A DNA stretch of 64,000 nt from Octopus vulgaris (taxonomy: Eukaryota). The position numbers and the translations under genes were made by a program. Shown one piece after another: positions 15,492 to 29,573 of this stretch; positions within the stretch are counted from its first letter, which is position 1, and every line of letters begins with the position of its first letter. Under the pieces are notes generated by a model. That model ran no database searches. It was not told the origin of the DNA and was given only the letters and a program-made list of their open reading frames with translations. Where the stretch lies: positions 43,462,001 through 43,526,000 of the forward strand of contig OX597829.1 in NCBI GenBank assembly GCA_951406725.2. Direction: 5' to 3'.

Positions 15492-16274
15492 TGTATATAA
15501 ATATGTATAAATATATATATGTATAAATATATATATATATAAATATGTATATAAATATGTATATATATATGTATAAATATATATATATATATAAATATGT
15601 ATATATATATGTATATATATATATGTATATAAATATGTATATATATATATGTATATAAATATGTATATATATCTATATATATATATGTGTGTGTGTGTAT
15701 ATAAATATGTATATATATATGTATATAAATATGTATATATATATGTATATAAATATGTATATATATATGTATATATATGTATATATATATGTATATATAT
15801 GTATATATGTATATATATGTATGTATATGTATACATACATGCATGCACATACACATGAATCTTTACGTATGTATGCATATATGTAAATCTATCTTTCTAT
15901 CTATTAATCTATCTATATATGTATGTATGTATATATAACCATATGTGTGTATATATATATACATTGCTTTGGTTAAGAGCCATTCGTGAATTCACTTAAT
16001 ATGTATGTGTCGTGAATTAAAAAAATTTAAAGTCCTTGGTTGTAAAATTCATGTATTCCTCCGAAGAAAACGGTTGTTTTATACATTCATCAATTAAAAA
16101 TTTCGTTAGAAACGACTGTAATGGATTGACAACTGTCCTTCAATTGTTCCATATTATATATATTTATATATATTAATCAATATAGGGTGGCAAAAAAATT
16201 TTGTAGAATTCTTTTGCCACCAGCGGCCTAGTGGGAAAAAATTTAAATAGTCATAAACCATTTTTAAGTTCAAC

Positions 16275-16490
16275 ATCACAATCAAGGAACGGCCATAATA
16301 GGCCATTCACCCACTAGAAATAACAGCCAAAAGCTTCAACCGCAAAATAACATCAATTCCGTAAACCAGGAGAAAATTAAAAAAAAAAAATTTTCTCCTG
16401 GTTTACGGAATTGATGTTATTTTGCGGTTGAAGCTTTTGGCTGTTATTTCTAGTGGGTGAATGGCCTATTATGGCCGTTCCTTGATTGTG

Positions 16491-16492
<2 letters not shown>
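16275..16492. repeat. Perfect inverted repeat, 104-bp arms, A10 spacer
   Basis: 16275-16378 is the exact reverse complement of 16389-16492. Confidence 0.97.
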
Positions 16493-16580
<88 letters not shown>

Positions 16581-16871
16581 TATGTATATATATATTTACA
16601 TGTATCATGTATATATGCATAATACTTTTATATATAAACACATAAATATGCATATATATACATATACTAAGTGTAGGTGTGAGAGAGAGAGAGAGAGCAA
16701 GAGTGTGTATGAATTTCTCTCTCTCTCTCATATATATATATGTGTGTGTGTGTGTGTATGTGTGTGTGTGTATGCGTGTGTGTGTGTATGTGTGTGCGAG
16801 TGTTTCTAGGTGTTGTGTGTGTGTGCGAGTGTTTCTAGGTGTTGTGTGTGTGTGCGAGTGTTTCTAGGTGT

Positions 16872-16908
<37 letters not shown>

Positions 16909-16913
16909 GTGTA

Positions 16914-16955
<42 letters not shown>

Positions 16956-17181
16956 CTTGCGAGTCCAGTACCGGTCTTTCTATGCAAGCTTATTTATAGC
17001 TACATTGTAACGAGCAAATGATGTGGCACAAACAGCGAACAGAGCCGGATTAACGCCTCGAACTGCCGTTCGGTTTCTGCTTTTAATCAATTTGGATCCC
17101 GATTTGGTCGACTTTGCAACTCATCAATTCCAAGTGAATCGCGAAGAACTAGTCATGAGCAGCGCTTCGGTCCGTCTTCCA

Positions 17182-17296
17182 ACACACATACACACACACA
17201 CACGTACTTACATAATACACGCATACATACGTGCATGCATACATACATACTTACATACATGCATGCATACATACATACACACATACATACACACAT

Positions 17297-17359
<63 letters not shown>

Positions 17360-17488
17360 CATACATACATACATATATACATACATACATACATATATAT
17401 ACATACATACATACATATATACATACATACATACAAACATACATACATACATACATACATACATACATACACACATACATACACACAT

Positions 17489-17553
<65 letters not shown>

Positions 17554-17620
17554 CATACATACATACATATATACATACATACATACATACATACATACAT
17601 ACATACATACATACATACAA
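17182..17620. repeat. (TACA)n microsatellite
   Basis: Direct inspection. Confidence 0.95.
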
Positions 17621-18299
17621 ACAAAAATACCCTGTTATTGATGTTGAAAATCCAATGAAAGAGCCTTGGATCTAGGTTAGAAACCGGCCCTTGCTCTATT
17701 GGCAAGAAATCATGAATAAAACTTATCAATGACATACATACGTACATATTTGTACACATACATAAAGAAATACACACACACACACATACATATATATGTA
17801 TGTATATATGCATATATATATATATGTATGTGTGTATATATATATATATTATGCTTCACAGTAATTATTCCATATCTATATATGTGTATATGTGTATCTA
17901 TATATTTATTATTTTATATCATATATATTAATATATATATGATATTATTACATTGTGTATACATGTGTTTGTCTGTGTATACGCGCGCGCGTGTATATAT
18001 ATATACATATATATATATATATACATACCTTATATATATGTCTTTGCGTGCATATACAGAATGAGTGAGAAGCATGATATATATCCATGTACGCACGCAT
18101 GCACTCACGCATATATACCTCTACATAAAGGTATATATCTCTGTGTGTGTATACACATAAACGGGCATGTATAACATATATGAGTGTGCCATTCATATTT
18201 CTTTACTAATGATGTTAGGACAGCCGTCAGTTATAAATAATGACGATAGCACAGAAAATTGGAAATATTACGAAATAACGACGTTCGCTGATTTCATAT

Positions 18300-18453
18300 T
18301 TTAGCACAAGGCCAGCAATTTCGCAGGTGTTGCTAAGCCGATAACATCGACACCAGTACTCGACTGGTACTGAGTTGAACTACGAACATAGCTACGGTTG
18401 AAAAGCCGTTAAACATTTTATCCGGTGTGATATCGATTCTGCCAGCTCGCCAC
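18300..18453 (-). mobile_element. Old SINE family B, internally deleted
   Basis: Minus strand GTGGCGAGCTGGCAGAATCGAT...GTACCAGTCGAGTACTGGTGTCGATG...GGCCTTGTGCTAAA. Confidence 0.65.
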
Positions 18454-18658
18454 TTCATTATAATTATTATTATTATTATTCATATTACACATATTGCTAC
18501 TGTTGTTATTATGAGTATTTTTATTGCATATACATTGTGTGTGTGTGTGTGTGTGTATACTAATTCATATACACAAAAGTATATGTGTGCATTTGCAGCC
18601 TTTCTTCCAAATAAATATTACTAAATATGTTCAAATATATACCCATATATTCTACATC

Positions 18659-18706
<48 letters not shown>

Positions 18707-18897
18707 TACAAACACATACACACAAACACAGAGAAAAAGAATGTTATCCAAATATATATATATACTTGGATAAGTATTTATAAGCATTAGACTAAAAAAC
18801 ATATATAGATATGTGCGTTTCTGCGTGTACATATGTACATAAGTATATATACATAAATGTTTATATATATACATATATACAAAAACATCCATATATA

Positions 18898-18963
<66 letters not shown>

Positions 18964-19071
18964 TAAATATTTATAAGCATTACCGTACAAAAGCAGATAT
19001 ATATATATATAAATGTATGTATATATATATATATACATATACAAATATATACATATCCATGTCTAGAAACA

Positions 19072-19115
<44 letters not shown>

Positions 19116-19141
19116 CAAATATATACATATCCATGTCTAGA

Positions 19142-19198
<57 letters not shown>

Positions 19199-19267
19199 CT
19201 TTATTGCCAGAAACCCAGAGTAGTCCTATAAAGCGGCCTTCACCCGTATATATATATATATATATGA

Positions 19268-19428
19268 GGCGCCGGAGTGGCTGTGTGGTAAGTAGCTTGC
19301 TTCCGAACCACATGGTTTTGTGTACAGTCCAGTGCTTGGCATCTTGGGCAAGTTTCTTCTACTACATCCTCAGACCAACCAAAGACCTGAGAGGATTTGG
19401 TCGACGGAAAATGAAGGAAACCCGTCGT
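19268..19428 (+). mobile_element. SINE family A, 5' half
   Basis: GGCGCCGGAGTGGCTGTGTGGTAAGTAGCTTG...TTGGGCAAG...GACGGAAAATGAAGGAAACCCGTCG. Confidence 0.85.
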
Positions 19429-20037
19429 ATATATATATATATATGTATATATGTATATATATATGTATATATGTATATATGTACAAATATGTATATGCAT
19501 ATATATGCTTGTATCGCATGAGGTTTGTTTTTCCTCGTCCCTCGTCTATAAACATGTTTTCATTGCTAATCAGCAATGCCAAAAATGTTGAAAAGAATGT
19601 TTTCCAGATGGACACGGTTTACCACGCAATTCGCTTCTGCGTATAACTCTTATTGCATTTTAACCATTTATCCATATGGGGGAAGCTATGTACCTACATA
19701 TTAGAGAACTTAGTTGCCTATCCATAAACTGAGGAACAGAATCAATCGTAGCTAGAGATTCACATCATTGGAATTAGGCTACACATATGCTACATTTAGG
19801 GACAAAATCGTGAACAGCTACTTCTTTTATTCATATTTTTAAAATTCTATTTATTTATTTATTTACGGAACACAGAAATGTATACACCCATCTTAATTCT
19901 TTCTCAGTAATTGATTTGTGCGATGAGCAAACGCATTTGCGACTTGGAAATGAGTAACAATTATGGATCGACAGAAGAAGCAGCTGGATTGTGTGCCCGT
20001 GTTTATACATATACATACATACACACACATATATAAG

Positions 20038-20265
20038 TTTGTCTGTCCTTGTTTGTTCTCTCTGTGTTTAGTCCCTTGTGGGTAGTAAAGAAATAGGTAT
20101 TTCTTCCGTCGCTACATTCTGAGTTCAAGTTCCGCCACGGTCGACTTTGCTTTTTATCTTTTCGGAGGCAATAAATTAAGTGCCAGTTGAACACTAGAGT
20201 CGATCTAAACCCCTAGTCCCCTCCCACAAATTTCAAACTTTGTGCCTATAGTAGAAAAGATTATT
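20038..20265 (+). mobile_element. SINE B junction fragment: young tail joined to a head-less old body and old tail
   Basis: ...GTGGGTAGTAAAGAAATA|GGTATTTC...GGTCGACTTTGC...TTGTGCCTATAGTAGAAAAGATTATT. Confidence 0.8.
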
Positions 20266-21799
20266 ACAAACTAAATTAAAATCTGTATAAACGCTTATAT
20301 GTGTGTGTTTGATAGAGTATTTGTCTGTGTGTGCTTTTATGAAGTTACGATCCAAATCACTCACACACACTGGAAGACACCGCGCTGCACACGTTTACTC
20401 ATTCATAGGTGTAAAGTTTAAAGAATATATTCTTTGTAGTTGATTCCAGTTAACTTCGTATACAGCTGTCACTGCTGCAGATATAAGAATTGCAAATATC
20501 CTTGAAAGTGTTGTTGATGATGATGACGAGTTTATTTCTTTTGTTGACCTCGAATTTGGTACGACTATGTTCAATGGCATCGTCCATTGTACTTGTCCTG
20601 CTCAACTAGCAGTTCTTTCAGACAATCCTTGTGACTATGGAACGTGGGCGGCTCTATCTTTATTTACTACGTGCTTGCAACGCATCGATGGCACAGCGCA
20701 TTGTGTTGCCGAAAAAGTGCATTGCATAAATAGACTGAAATTATTTGATCCTCAGATCAAATCCTACTTGGATTCTCATTTGTTTTTTTTTTCTTGTTGT
20801 TTTTTTTTAAAATTTATTTTTTAAGATCTGTGGACGATAAAGATTAAACATCAGTTAAGTATCGGAATAATTGTATTGATTTTAATAAATTCCATATTGC
20901 TCAACGCAGCTGTGGAAGATCTGTTTACAGATCAAAATCTTACCCGAAAATCATCAAATCTATTTCATAGTAACAAAATATGATTTGAGAGGGATTCGGC
21001 TGTTATTTCTATTTATTTATTTATTATTATTTTTTTTTTGCCATGTCGAGCAAGAATCAAGAAAGTTCCATATCTGCAATTTTGGTTGCAATTCCATAGC
21101 AATGTCGTAGATTAGAGAGTGAGAATTTGAAAGAACTGTATGTAACTTCATTCGTTGCCATTCTTTAACCATAGTTCAACCTCCGTTGAGCAAACAGAGC
21201 GATTCAAGACATTTCAACTGAGGGTACAACGTTCAAGGACGAACGAAGTAGGTTGTAATTTAAATGAGATTTAGGGGCCAATTTTGAACCTGTTGTGTGA
21301 TTGCGTAAAGGCATCGTTGTTGGTTCGACTCAGATGTGTGTGCCAGGGGCGGAGTAGGCACACACACACATCCATCCATCCATCCATCCATCCATCCATC
21401 CATACATGCATACTTACATACTTAAATACATAGGTGTGCGTGCATATGTGTAAACAAGAAGTGGAGTAGGGCACTACTAGTAAAAGGGGACTATTTGTAT
21501 TTGAGAAAATTCAAATCTTATTGTTGTACTTGGGGATGGTCATGCTTTGCCAGTTATATATACGCACTGTTTCGTCGCGTATCAATATCTGTTTCAATAC
21601 ACGATTTCACATCAAGAATCATGCAAAACAAATACATCAACGTAAAAATTCAATTCGTTAATCCGTGTTTTGTGTTTCTAGACTTCTGGCAATTGTTTTA
21701 AAAAATTCCTTCGCCGTTTAAATGTTGTATATGTATGGCGGAATTATTTGCATTTTCTAGGAACGTCTTCATTACATAAGAGTGAAAGAGTAAATTTTC

Positions 21800-22210
21800 T
21801 GAGCAGGAAGGAGAACGAGGAGCAAAAGAAGGATTAGGAGCAAAAAGACGAGAATAAAAAGAGAAGAGGAGAGGAAAATATCGGAAGAAAGAGGAGGTGG
21901 AAGAGGAGGTGGAGGAGATGAAGAAAGAGATGATAAAGAAGTAAAGAAGGAGGAGAAGGTGAAGAAGAAAAGGAGGAGGAGGAGAAGAAGAAGTACAACA
22001 ACAACAACAGCGAGGAAGAGGAGGAGGAGGAAGAGAAGTAGAAGGGGAGGAGGAGGAGAAGAAGGGCGATGAGGAGAAGATGAAGGAGGAGGAGAAGAAG
22101 GATAAGAAGCAGAAGAAAAAAGAGAAAGAGGAGGGGTAAGCGAAGGAGGAGGAGTGGGGGCGGAGGAGGAGTGGGAGCGGAGGAGGAGGAGGAAGTGGAA
22201 ATGGTGGAGA
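21800..22210. repeat. Polypurine (GGA/GAA) low-complexity tract
   Basis: Direct inspection; similar tracts at 30612-30830 and 40500-40690. Confidence 0.9.
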
Positions 22211-22241
22211 ATAAGTGTTATGTCGAACAAATAAATCAATA

Positions 22242-22560
22242 GCAGTACTTATATTTCAAACCTGGTACTTATTCTGTCCACTCTGCCTGCCGAACCGCTA
22301 GGTTGCCGGAACATAAACCATCCCTGGTCAGCAAGCGGTGGAAGCAACAAACACAAGCAGAAAGACACACACACACATAGATATAGATATATGCGACGGG
22401 CTTCTTTTAGTTTCCGTCAACCAAATTCACAACACGCAGCGGTATTGGACAGTCCTAGGCTACAGTAGAAGACACTTGCTCAAAGTGACAGGGTGTGTGT
22501 GCAAACTCTAGATGATGTGACTGCGAAGTAGGCTCCTTACTACACAGCTACGGCTGCCCC
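22242..22560 (-). mobile_element. Old SINE family A (plus a fragment at 22712-22787)
   Basis: GCCGAACCGCTAGG...CGACGGGCTTCTTTTAGTTTCCGTC...AGTAGAAGACACTTGCTCAA. Confidence 0.8.
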
Positions 22561-22569
22561 ATATATATG

Positions 22570-22636
<67 letters not shown>

Positions 22637-23059
22637 AGGTATACGTTTACGTGTATATATATATATATATATCTTTGTGTGTATATATATTCACCTTTTA
22701 CTTGTTTAAGATAGGCTTCTTTCAGTTTCCGTCAGCCAAATCCGCTCACAAGGTTTTGGTCGTCCCGAGGTTATAGTAGAAGACACCCAGAACCATACAT
22801 ACACAAACACATACACACACATATATCGTTGTTATTATGCAAAAGTCTCGTAAGTCCAAAACGTTGCTTATTCAGAAAACACAAAAATAGTTTCACCATT
22901 CCATAGCAAAACCATTGTACTACACTTTTACAATTTTTGATACCTCGGCGTCTGAAGCAGCTGGAGATACGATAGTTTGACCGAAAGGACCGGCTATTGT
23001 AAGCAAAAATAAATATTGAAAAAAAAAAAACGCATTTGCGAGTCATGGCATATGATATT

Positions 23060-23385
23060 GTGAAGCGCCCGTGGCTTGGAGGTTAGGGTCTTCGGCTCTA
23101 AGATCGCATAGTCATGAGTTCAATTCCCAGTGGAATGTTGTGTCTTTGAACAAGACACTTTATTTCTCTTTGTTCCTATCCATTCAGCTGGCAAATTCTA
23201 GTTACATCAGAAAATAGTCGTTCTCTTGGAGATCCAGCGTGAGGCGTCGTGTCACGCTTGATTTCCCAGACAACGTCATTATGATTACAAGTGTCTGCGG
23301 AGTGCTCAGCCACTTGCACGCTGATTTCACGATCAGGCTGTTCCGTTGATCAAATCAGCTGGAAGAAACGTCGTCGTACCCGACC
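23060..23385 (+). mobile_element. Old tRNA-derived SINE, family C group
   Basis: GTGGCTTGGAGGTTAGGG...GAGTTCAATTCC...TTGTGTCTTTGAACAAGACACTT; 3' part GGAGTGCTCAGCCAC...CAGGCTGTTCCGTT matches the 48892 element. Confidence 0.7.
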
Positions 23386-23489
23386 TCTGAGAGTTACGTC
23401 ATATAACATTGCATATGACATATGTATGTGTATACACACACACACACACATACCCCTCATTTCTCCATTTCCTCTCTTTATAGCGCAGA

Positions 23490-23921
23490 TATAGCTATGT
23501 GGTAAGAAATTTGCATGCCAACCTCGTAATTCCGGGTTCAGTCCCACCGCATTGCAATTTGGGCAAGTGTCTTTTATTTGGTCTGGGTCCGTCCAAAGCT
23601 TTCTAAGTAGATTTAATTGATGGATACTGAAAAAAGCCTGTCATGTACATACACACACACACACACATACAAATGTATGTGTGTATGTATATGTGTGTGT
23701 GTGTCTTTGTGTTTGTGTTTGTCCCACCCACCACCACTTGACAAACGGTGATGATGTGTTTACGTCCTTGTTACTTAGCGGTTCGGAAAAATCACACTGA
23801 TAGAATGTGTAACAGGTTTCAAAGAAATTGATAAGCAGGTACTGAGATCGACTAACCTTTCTTTAACGTAGTGGTCCAGCATGGCCGCAGTCTAATTATT
23901 GAATCAAGTAAAAGGTAAAAG
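23490..23921 (+). mobile_element. Old SINE family A
   Basis: Head, internal microsatellite and GGTCCAGCATGGCCGCAGTC tail are recognisable. Confidence 0.8.
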
Positions 23922-24162
23922 GAATACATACATATACATACATACATACATACATACATACATACATACATACATACATACATACATACATACATACATA
24001 CATACACACACACACATACATACATATATATACACACACACACACACATACATACATATATATATACACACACACACACATACATACATATATATATACA
24101 CACACACACGCACAAAAATATATATATATATATTAGAAAATTACTATTTGTAAATCTCACAA

Positions 24163-24205
<43 letters not shown>

Positions 24206-24496
24206 TTTGAACGCATTATATATATACATACACACAAACACACACACGCATATATACTCATACAGACAGACAAGGATGAGTGTTTATACAGCTGTAATCC
24301 TTCACTCACAGCACACACGTTAGCCTATCTATAAAACTAATACTCCACACCTGCCGAAGAAAGTACAGCTATTTACAAGCCATTCTAGTCAATAAGCCAC
24401 TTTTACAATAGGCCATGTTGGCTATTGGAAGCCCACCCGCTCTTCTATAACCTACACCCACTGCACTGCATCATTCTAAACTGATTCACATGAAAC

Positions 24497-24725
24497 CGAG
24501 CTGGCAGAAACGTTAGCACGCCGGGCGAAAGAAATGCTTAGCGGTATTTCGTCTGCGTTACGTTGTGAGTTCAAATTCCGCCGAGGTCGACTTTGCCTTT
24601 CATCCTTTCGGGGTCGATAAATTAAGTACCAGTTACGCACTGGAGTCGATGTAATCGACATAATACCTATGTCTGTCCTTGTTTGTCCCCTCTGTGTTTA
24701 GCCCCTTGTGGGTAATAAAGAAATA
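24497..24725 (+). mobile_element. SINE family B (young)
   Basis: CGAGCTGGCAGAAACGTTAG...GTGGGTAATAAAGAAATA. Confidence 0.92.
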
Positions 24726-25084
24726 GATATTATGCTTTTTCCTTAATCATAGGCAACACAAGCCCTATGACCATCATTCCTAAGTATCTAGAAACAACCT
24801 CGCTTCCTTCTTCAACCACTATTTTTCGTGCACTCCAGCCATGCCCTCTACTACTTTCTACTGCCTTAACCACCACCCTTTCTTGCACTTCGACCAACCG
24901 GCTCGATCCCACTATCACCGATACTGACACCTCATCACCAAACACTTTCATCTCCTGGACTACCTCCTGGCTACCTACCAATGCAACATCCCCCGTTAAC
25001 AAAGCTACCGTAACTAATTGCTTAAAACCTTGATACACGACCATTAAGTTCATCAGCGTGCGGTGTGGGGTGGGGCGGGGCGGG

Positions 25085-25230
25085 TTGTCACTTACATCGA
25101 CCTCAAGTACCTAAATGGTACTTTATTTTATCGACTGCGAAAGGATGAAAAGCAAAGTTAGCCCTGTCCCAGGTTTGGGACCAGGGCGGCTTAAAGAGCT
25201 AAGCTAACGATTCTGTCAGCTTTGCCACCT
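25085..25230 (-). mobile_element. Old SINE family B
   Basis: Minus strand AGGTGGCAAAGCTGACAGAATCGTTAGC...CTTTGCTTTTCATCCTTTCGCAGTCGATAAAATAAAGTACC. Confidence 0.7.
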
Positions 25231-25233
25231 TAA

Positions 25234-25496
25234 TAGATACTTAGGAATGATGGTCATAGGGCTTGTGTCGCCTGTGATTAAGGAAAAAGCATAATATCTA
25301 TTTCTTTATTACCCACAAGGGGCTAAACACAGAGGGGACAAACAAGGACAGACATAGGTATTATGTCGATTACATCGACTCCAGTGCGCAACTGGTACTT
25401 AATTTATCGACCCCGAAAGGATGAAAGGCAAAGTCGACCTCGGCGGAATCTGAACTCACAACGTAACGCAGACGAAATACCTATTTCTTTATTACC
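25234..25496 (-). mobile_element. Head-less SINE B unit plus about 65 bp of copied flank; inverted copy of 24543-24790 with 9-bp TSD
   Basis: 248-bp inverted match with 4 differences; ACCTTAATA at 25227-25235 and 25494-25502. Confidence 0.88.
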
Positions 25497-25559
25497 TTAA
25501 TATTCTTCATAAAGAATAAAATTAGCAGTGACGTTAACAACCTTAACGGTAACGCAAAA

Positions 25560-25779
25560 ACCACCAGCACTAGCACCACTACCATCACCACTACCATCAC
25601 CACCAGCATCACCACCACCACCACCACCACCACCACCACAACCACCACCACCACCACCACCACCACTACCACCAGCACCAGCCACAGAGGGCGGAGCACT
25701 AGCACCACTACCAAAGTCGCCACCACCACACCACCAATACCACCATCATTCCGCCGCCGCCACCACCACCACCTCCACC

Positions 25780-25813
<34 letters not shown>

Positions 25814-25836
25814 GCAACAGTAGCAGCAGCAACACC

Positions 25837-25867
<31 letters not shown>

Positions 25868-26080
25868 GTAACAGTAGCAGCAGCAGTACACCACTACCAC
25901 CTCCACCAGACACAGTAGGCGGGGCACTATCACCGATACCAAAACCGCTACCACCATCACCACTACGACGACGACCACCACCACTGTCACTACCACCATC
26001 ACCACCACCACCACCCACCAATAACTCCAACGGCACTGCTACCACCACCATCAACAAACGATAGCAACAACAACTACAAC
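25560..26080. repeat. (CCA)/(CAA)/(CAG) trinucleotide low-complexity tract
   Basis: Direct inspection. Confidence 0.9.
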
Positions 26081-26548
26081 ATTAACGAGCTAACAGAAGG
26101 GGAGACACCACATGGTGGTTTCACACTATATGCTAGCTAGAAATAGCAACGAACTCACTCTCACATTTTTCCACATAGTCATAGAACAAAAGCGTATATA
26201 CATGAAAGAAGACAGGATGGGCGTGGGCGGAATTAATTTTGATCGTAGGATTGACTTCTCATTTCTCTTTTGATTTTCTTTTTTCTTTTTTTTTTTTTAC
26301 GTAACTATAACAATCAACAAGTCTAAACCTATTGCGAACATCGTCTGCCATACTCCTCATATTTATTAAGGACAAATTAAGGGATTTCATGATTTTTTTT
26401 AAAGGAGTTTCACCACATGTTAGAGATAGTAGCCTAATCAACCTAAAAAACAGAAATCCTACTGTTAAATGGTATATTAAAAGTACATAAAAGGGGAAAA
26501 TGATGACATGACCCTCATGGGTATATATATATAAATATATATACACAG

Positions 26549-26621
<73 letters not shown>

Positions 26622-26913
26622 TATTTACACACACACACACATATATATATTTGTATATATGTATACATATATATTTGTATGCATATATATATACACATAC
26701 ATAAATATATTCATTCATATGTATATATATATATGTATATAGAGAGATATATTTACAGACACACACACACATATATATTTGTATATATGTATACATATAT
26801 ATATGTATGCATATATATATATATATATATACACACATACATAAATATATGCATATGTGTGTATATATATATATATATATATGTACACATGTATAACACA
26901 TACACACACACAC

Positions 26914-26947
<34 letters not shown>

Positions 26948-28118
26948 CACCCATATTTATGTATTTGTGTATATTTATCTATTATCTGTTTTTTCTCTAA
27001 GTGTATATCTATTTCCATCCATCACACCGTACAAACACACACACACACACGCACGCGCGCGCATATTCAAGGATGTACACCTTGTCTTCCATTTTATTTA
27101 ACTTCTTTTTCTTTCTTTCTTTCTAGATCTACAACAGCTTCCAATCCTTGTGTTTTTTTTTTTTGTTTAGTTGTGTGTGTTTTTTACCTTCTCTCATTCA
27201 AACATTCAAACAGCACACACATACACGTTACATATATACATACATATACACACATTTTCTGTCAGGTTTTTAGCAACAACGCCGCCGCCGCCATCACTGC
27301 CGCAGCCATTGCCGCCATTACACTCCGCCCACCACCAGTACACCTATCACTACTCCATCACTCGTTCCACCCCCACCCCCCATCCTCCGCTTCTCCCATT
27401 GACATCACCCCATGGCGCCTCCGTTGCGTTAAAATCAAACAAAAATATGTCTCGTACTCACTACGCTACATATTTGTTTAATCAGATTTTTTTTCTAAAC
27501 AAGATAACTACACACAGCCAGCCATAACGAGGGAAGAAGGAAGAGAGAAAGAGAGAAGGAAACTGAGAAATATATATAGAGAGAGGGAGTAACAGAGAAA
27601 GGGAGAGAACCTGTGAGAGTTCCAATGGAGCCGTTAGAAATAGCAGCCAAATGCCCCCTTAAAAATCACTCTGGTATCTTAATTGAGAAGTGAACACATT
27701 AATTCTTTTAACAACTCATAGAAAGGTGTGATGGCCATACAGATCGAGACGCATTTGGTTATAAGTTCTGCTACATCAAGTTTAACCGGAATGCTAAGCA
27801 ACAAGGCACAGCTCAATAAATCTCACTACCCCCCCTCTCTCTCTCACTCTCTTTTCCTGTGTGAGAGATAGAGTGTGTGTGTTTGTGTGTCCGTGCGTGT
27901 GTGTGCGCGTATGTGTGACCTGTGTTTTGCATGTTATTGGACCAAACGCATCGTCTCACTTTACATACTAACACGATCTCACTTACTCATTACACAATAC
28001 TCTCTCTCTTTCTCTCACTTATTCTATTTCTAACTCCTTTTTACCCCCACTCCGCCCCACTGCCTCATTCTCCCTCTTTTTTCTTTCTCTTTTCCTCTCC
28101 ACAATACTCTCCACAATA

Positions 28119-28158
<40 letters not shown>

Positions 28159-28959
28159 CTCGCTCTCGCGCGCCGATTTCTGTCTTTGATTGTTTCATGC
28201 TTCGAGATTTAGTATCCTCAGGGATCGTTTTTGCAAATCGCTAATAAATTGTTTTTTTAAGAAGTGTCACAAAACAACAGATAAATTCCACCTAAAAAAA
28301 TCCATCCATCCATCCATCCATCAACCCTTCCAGCTAGCCAGGCAGCCAGCCAGTCAACCAGTCATCCAGCCAGCTACTCCCCTCCATCCATCCATTCAAT
28401 CATTTAGCCAACCAATCAATCCAACCATCCAGTCAACCATTCATTCATCCATCTTAGCCTATCATCCATCCGGCCGTCTGTCCGTCTGTCTGTCTTTCCG
28501 CCCGCCCGTCCGTCTGTCTATCAATCGATCGATCCATCTGTCTATCTCTCCCTCCCTCTCTCCATCCCTTCACCCCTTTATCACAACTCCATCCTTCCAT
28601 CCATCTCTCCACCCCTCCACCCATCCATCCATTCATCTATCTATTCATTCGTCTACCCATCTAGCCATTTATGTATATAGCTATCGAAACATCCGTCCAT
28701 CCACAAATGATTTGAGCTGCTACTTCTCTACTTGTTTTCCTTTTAAGTTCCATATCAGTCTTGATAGAGGAGACCTATGCCCAAAGTCATGGCAGCCGTG
28801 ACCAACCCGTCAGGTACTACATTATTCAGGGTCGCCAATCGCTTGTGATAGACATGAATCAACGTTAGTTGTCGAGTTGAACATTTCCATCCCCTCACTG
28901 CATACCTAATTCTAATTTTAAAATAATTAAACTTTCAGAGTTTTCTCCTCTTTTGTCTT

Positions 28960-29119
28960 GGCCGTGGCTGTGTGGTAAGTAGCTTGTCTACCAACCACAT
29001 GGTTCCGGGTTCAGTCCCACTGCGTGGCACCTTGGGCAAGTGTCTTCTACTATAGCCTCGGGCCGACCAAAGCCTTGTGAGTGGATTTGGTAGACGGAAA
29101 CTGAAAGAAGCCCATCGTA

Positions 29120-29182
<63 letters not shown>

Positions 29183-29365
29183 TTGTGTGTCTGTGTTTGT
29201 TCCCTAGCATTGTCCCCGTTACTTAGCGGTTCGGCAAAAAAGACCGATAGAATAAGTACTGGGCTTACAAAAGAATAAGTCCCGGGGTCGAGTTGCTCGA
29301 TTAAAGGCGGTGCTCCAGCATGGCCGCAGTCAAATGACTGAAACAAGTAAAAGAGTAAAAAGAGT
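28960..29365 (+). mobile_element. SINE family A, near full length
   Basis: Matches the 57768 copy with a small internal deletion; AAAAGAGT tail. Confidence 0.92.
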
Positions 29366-29573
29366 ATTAGTTAGTGAAATGATACTACGTCTTTTTCTCT
29401 GTGCAGACAGTTTTAATTAATTGAATTTAACTTTTTTTTTGTCAATATCAGGCTTAAGTTGGTGTTCGCTTAAACTATTGGATTTGATGTAGGTGATATT
29501 CAAACATAATTAGTTCTTTGCCGATTCGGTATTCATATCCGACACTCGGGTTTTTATTTTATATAAATATCCG

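Noticed and set aside
16055-16128. Another hammerhead-like remnant (CCGAAGA-AAACGG...CGTTA-GAAAC)
   Set aside because: Core and stems are too degenerate to call without a family consensus.
24730-25053. 107-aa and 88-aa ORFs in the spacer of the inverted duplication
   Set aside because: Low-complexity C/A-rich sequence with no recognisable homology.
25528-26064. Formin/extensin-like proline-rich 178-aa ORF
   Set aside because: Lies wholly within a CCA/CAA trinucleotide tract and has no splice or domain support.
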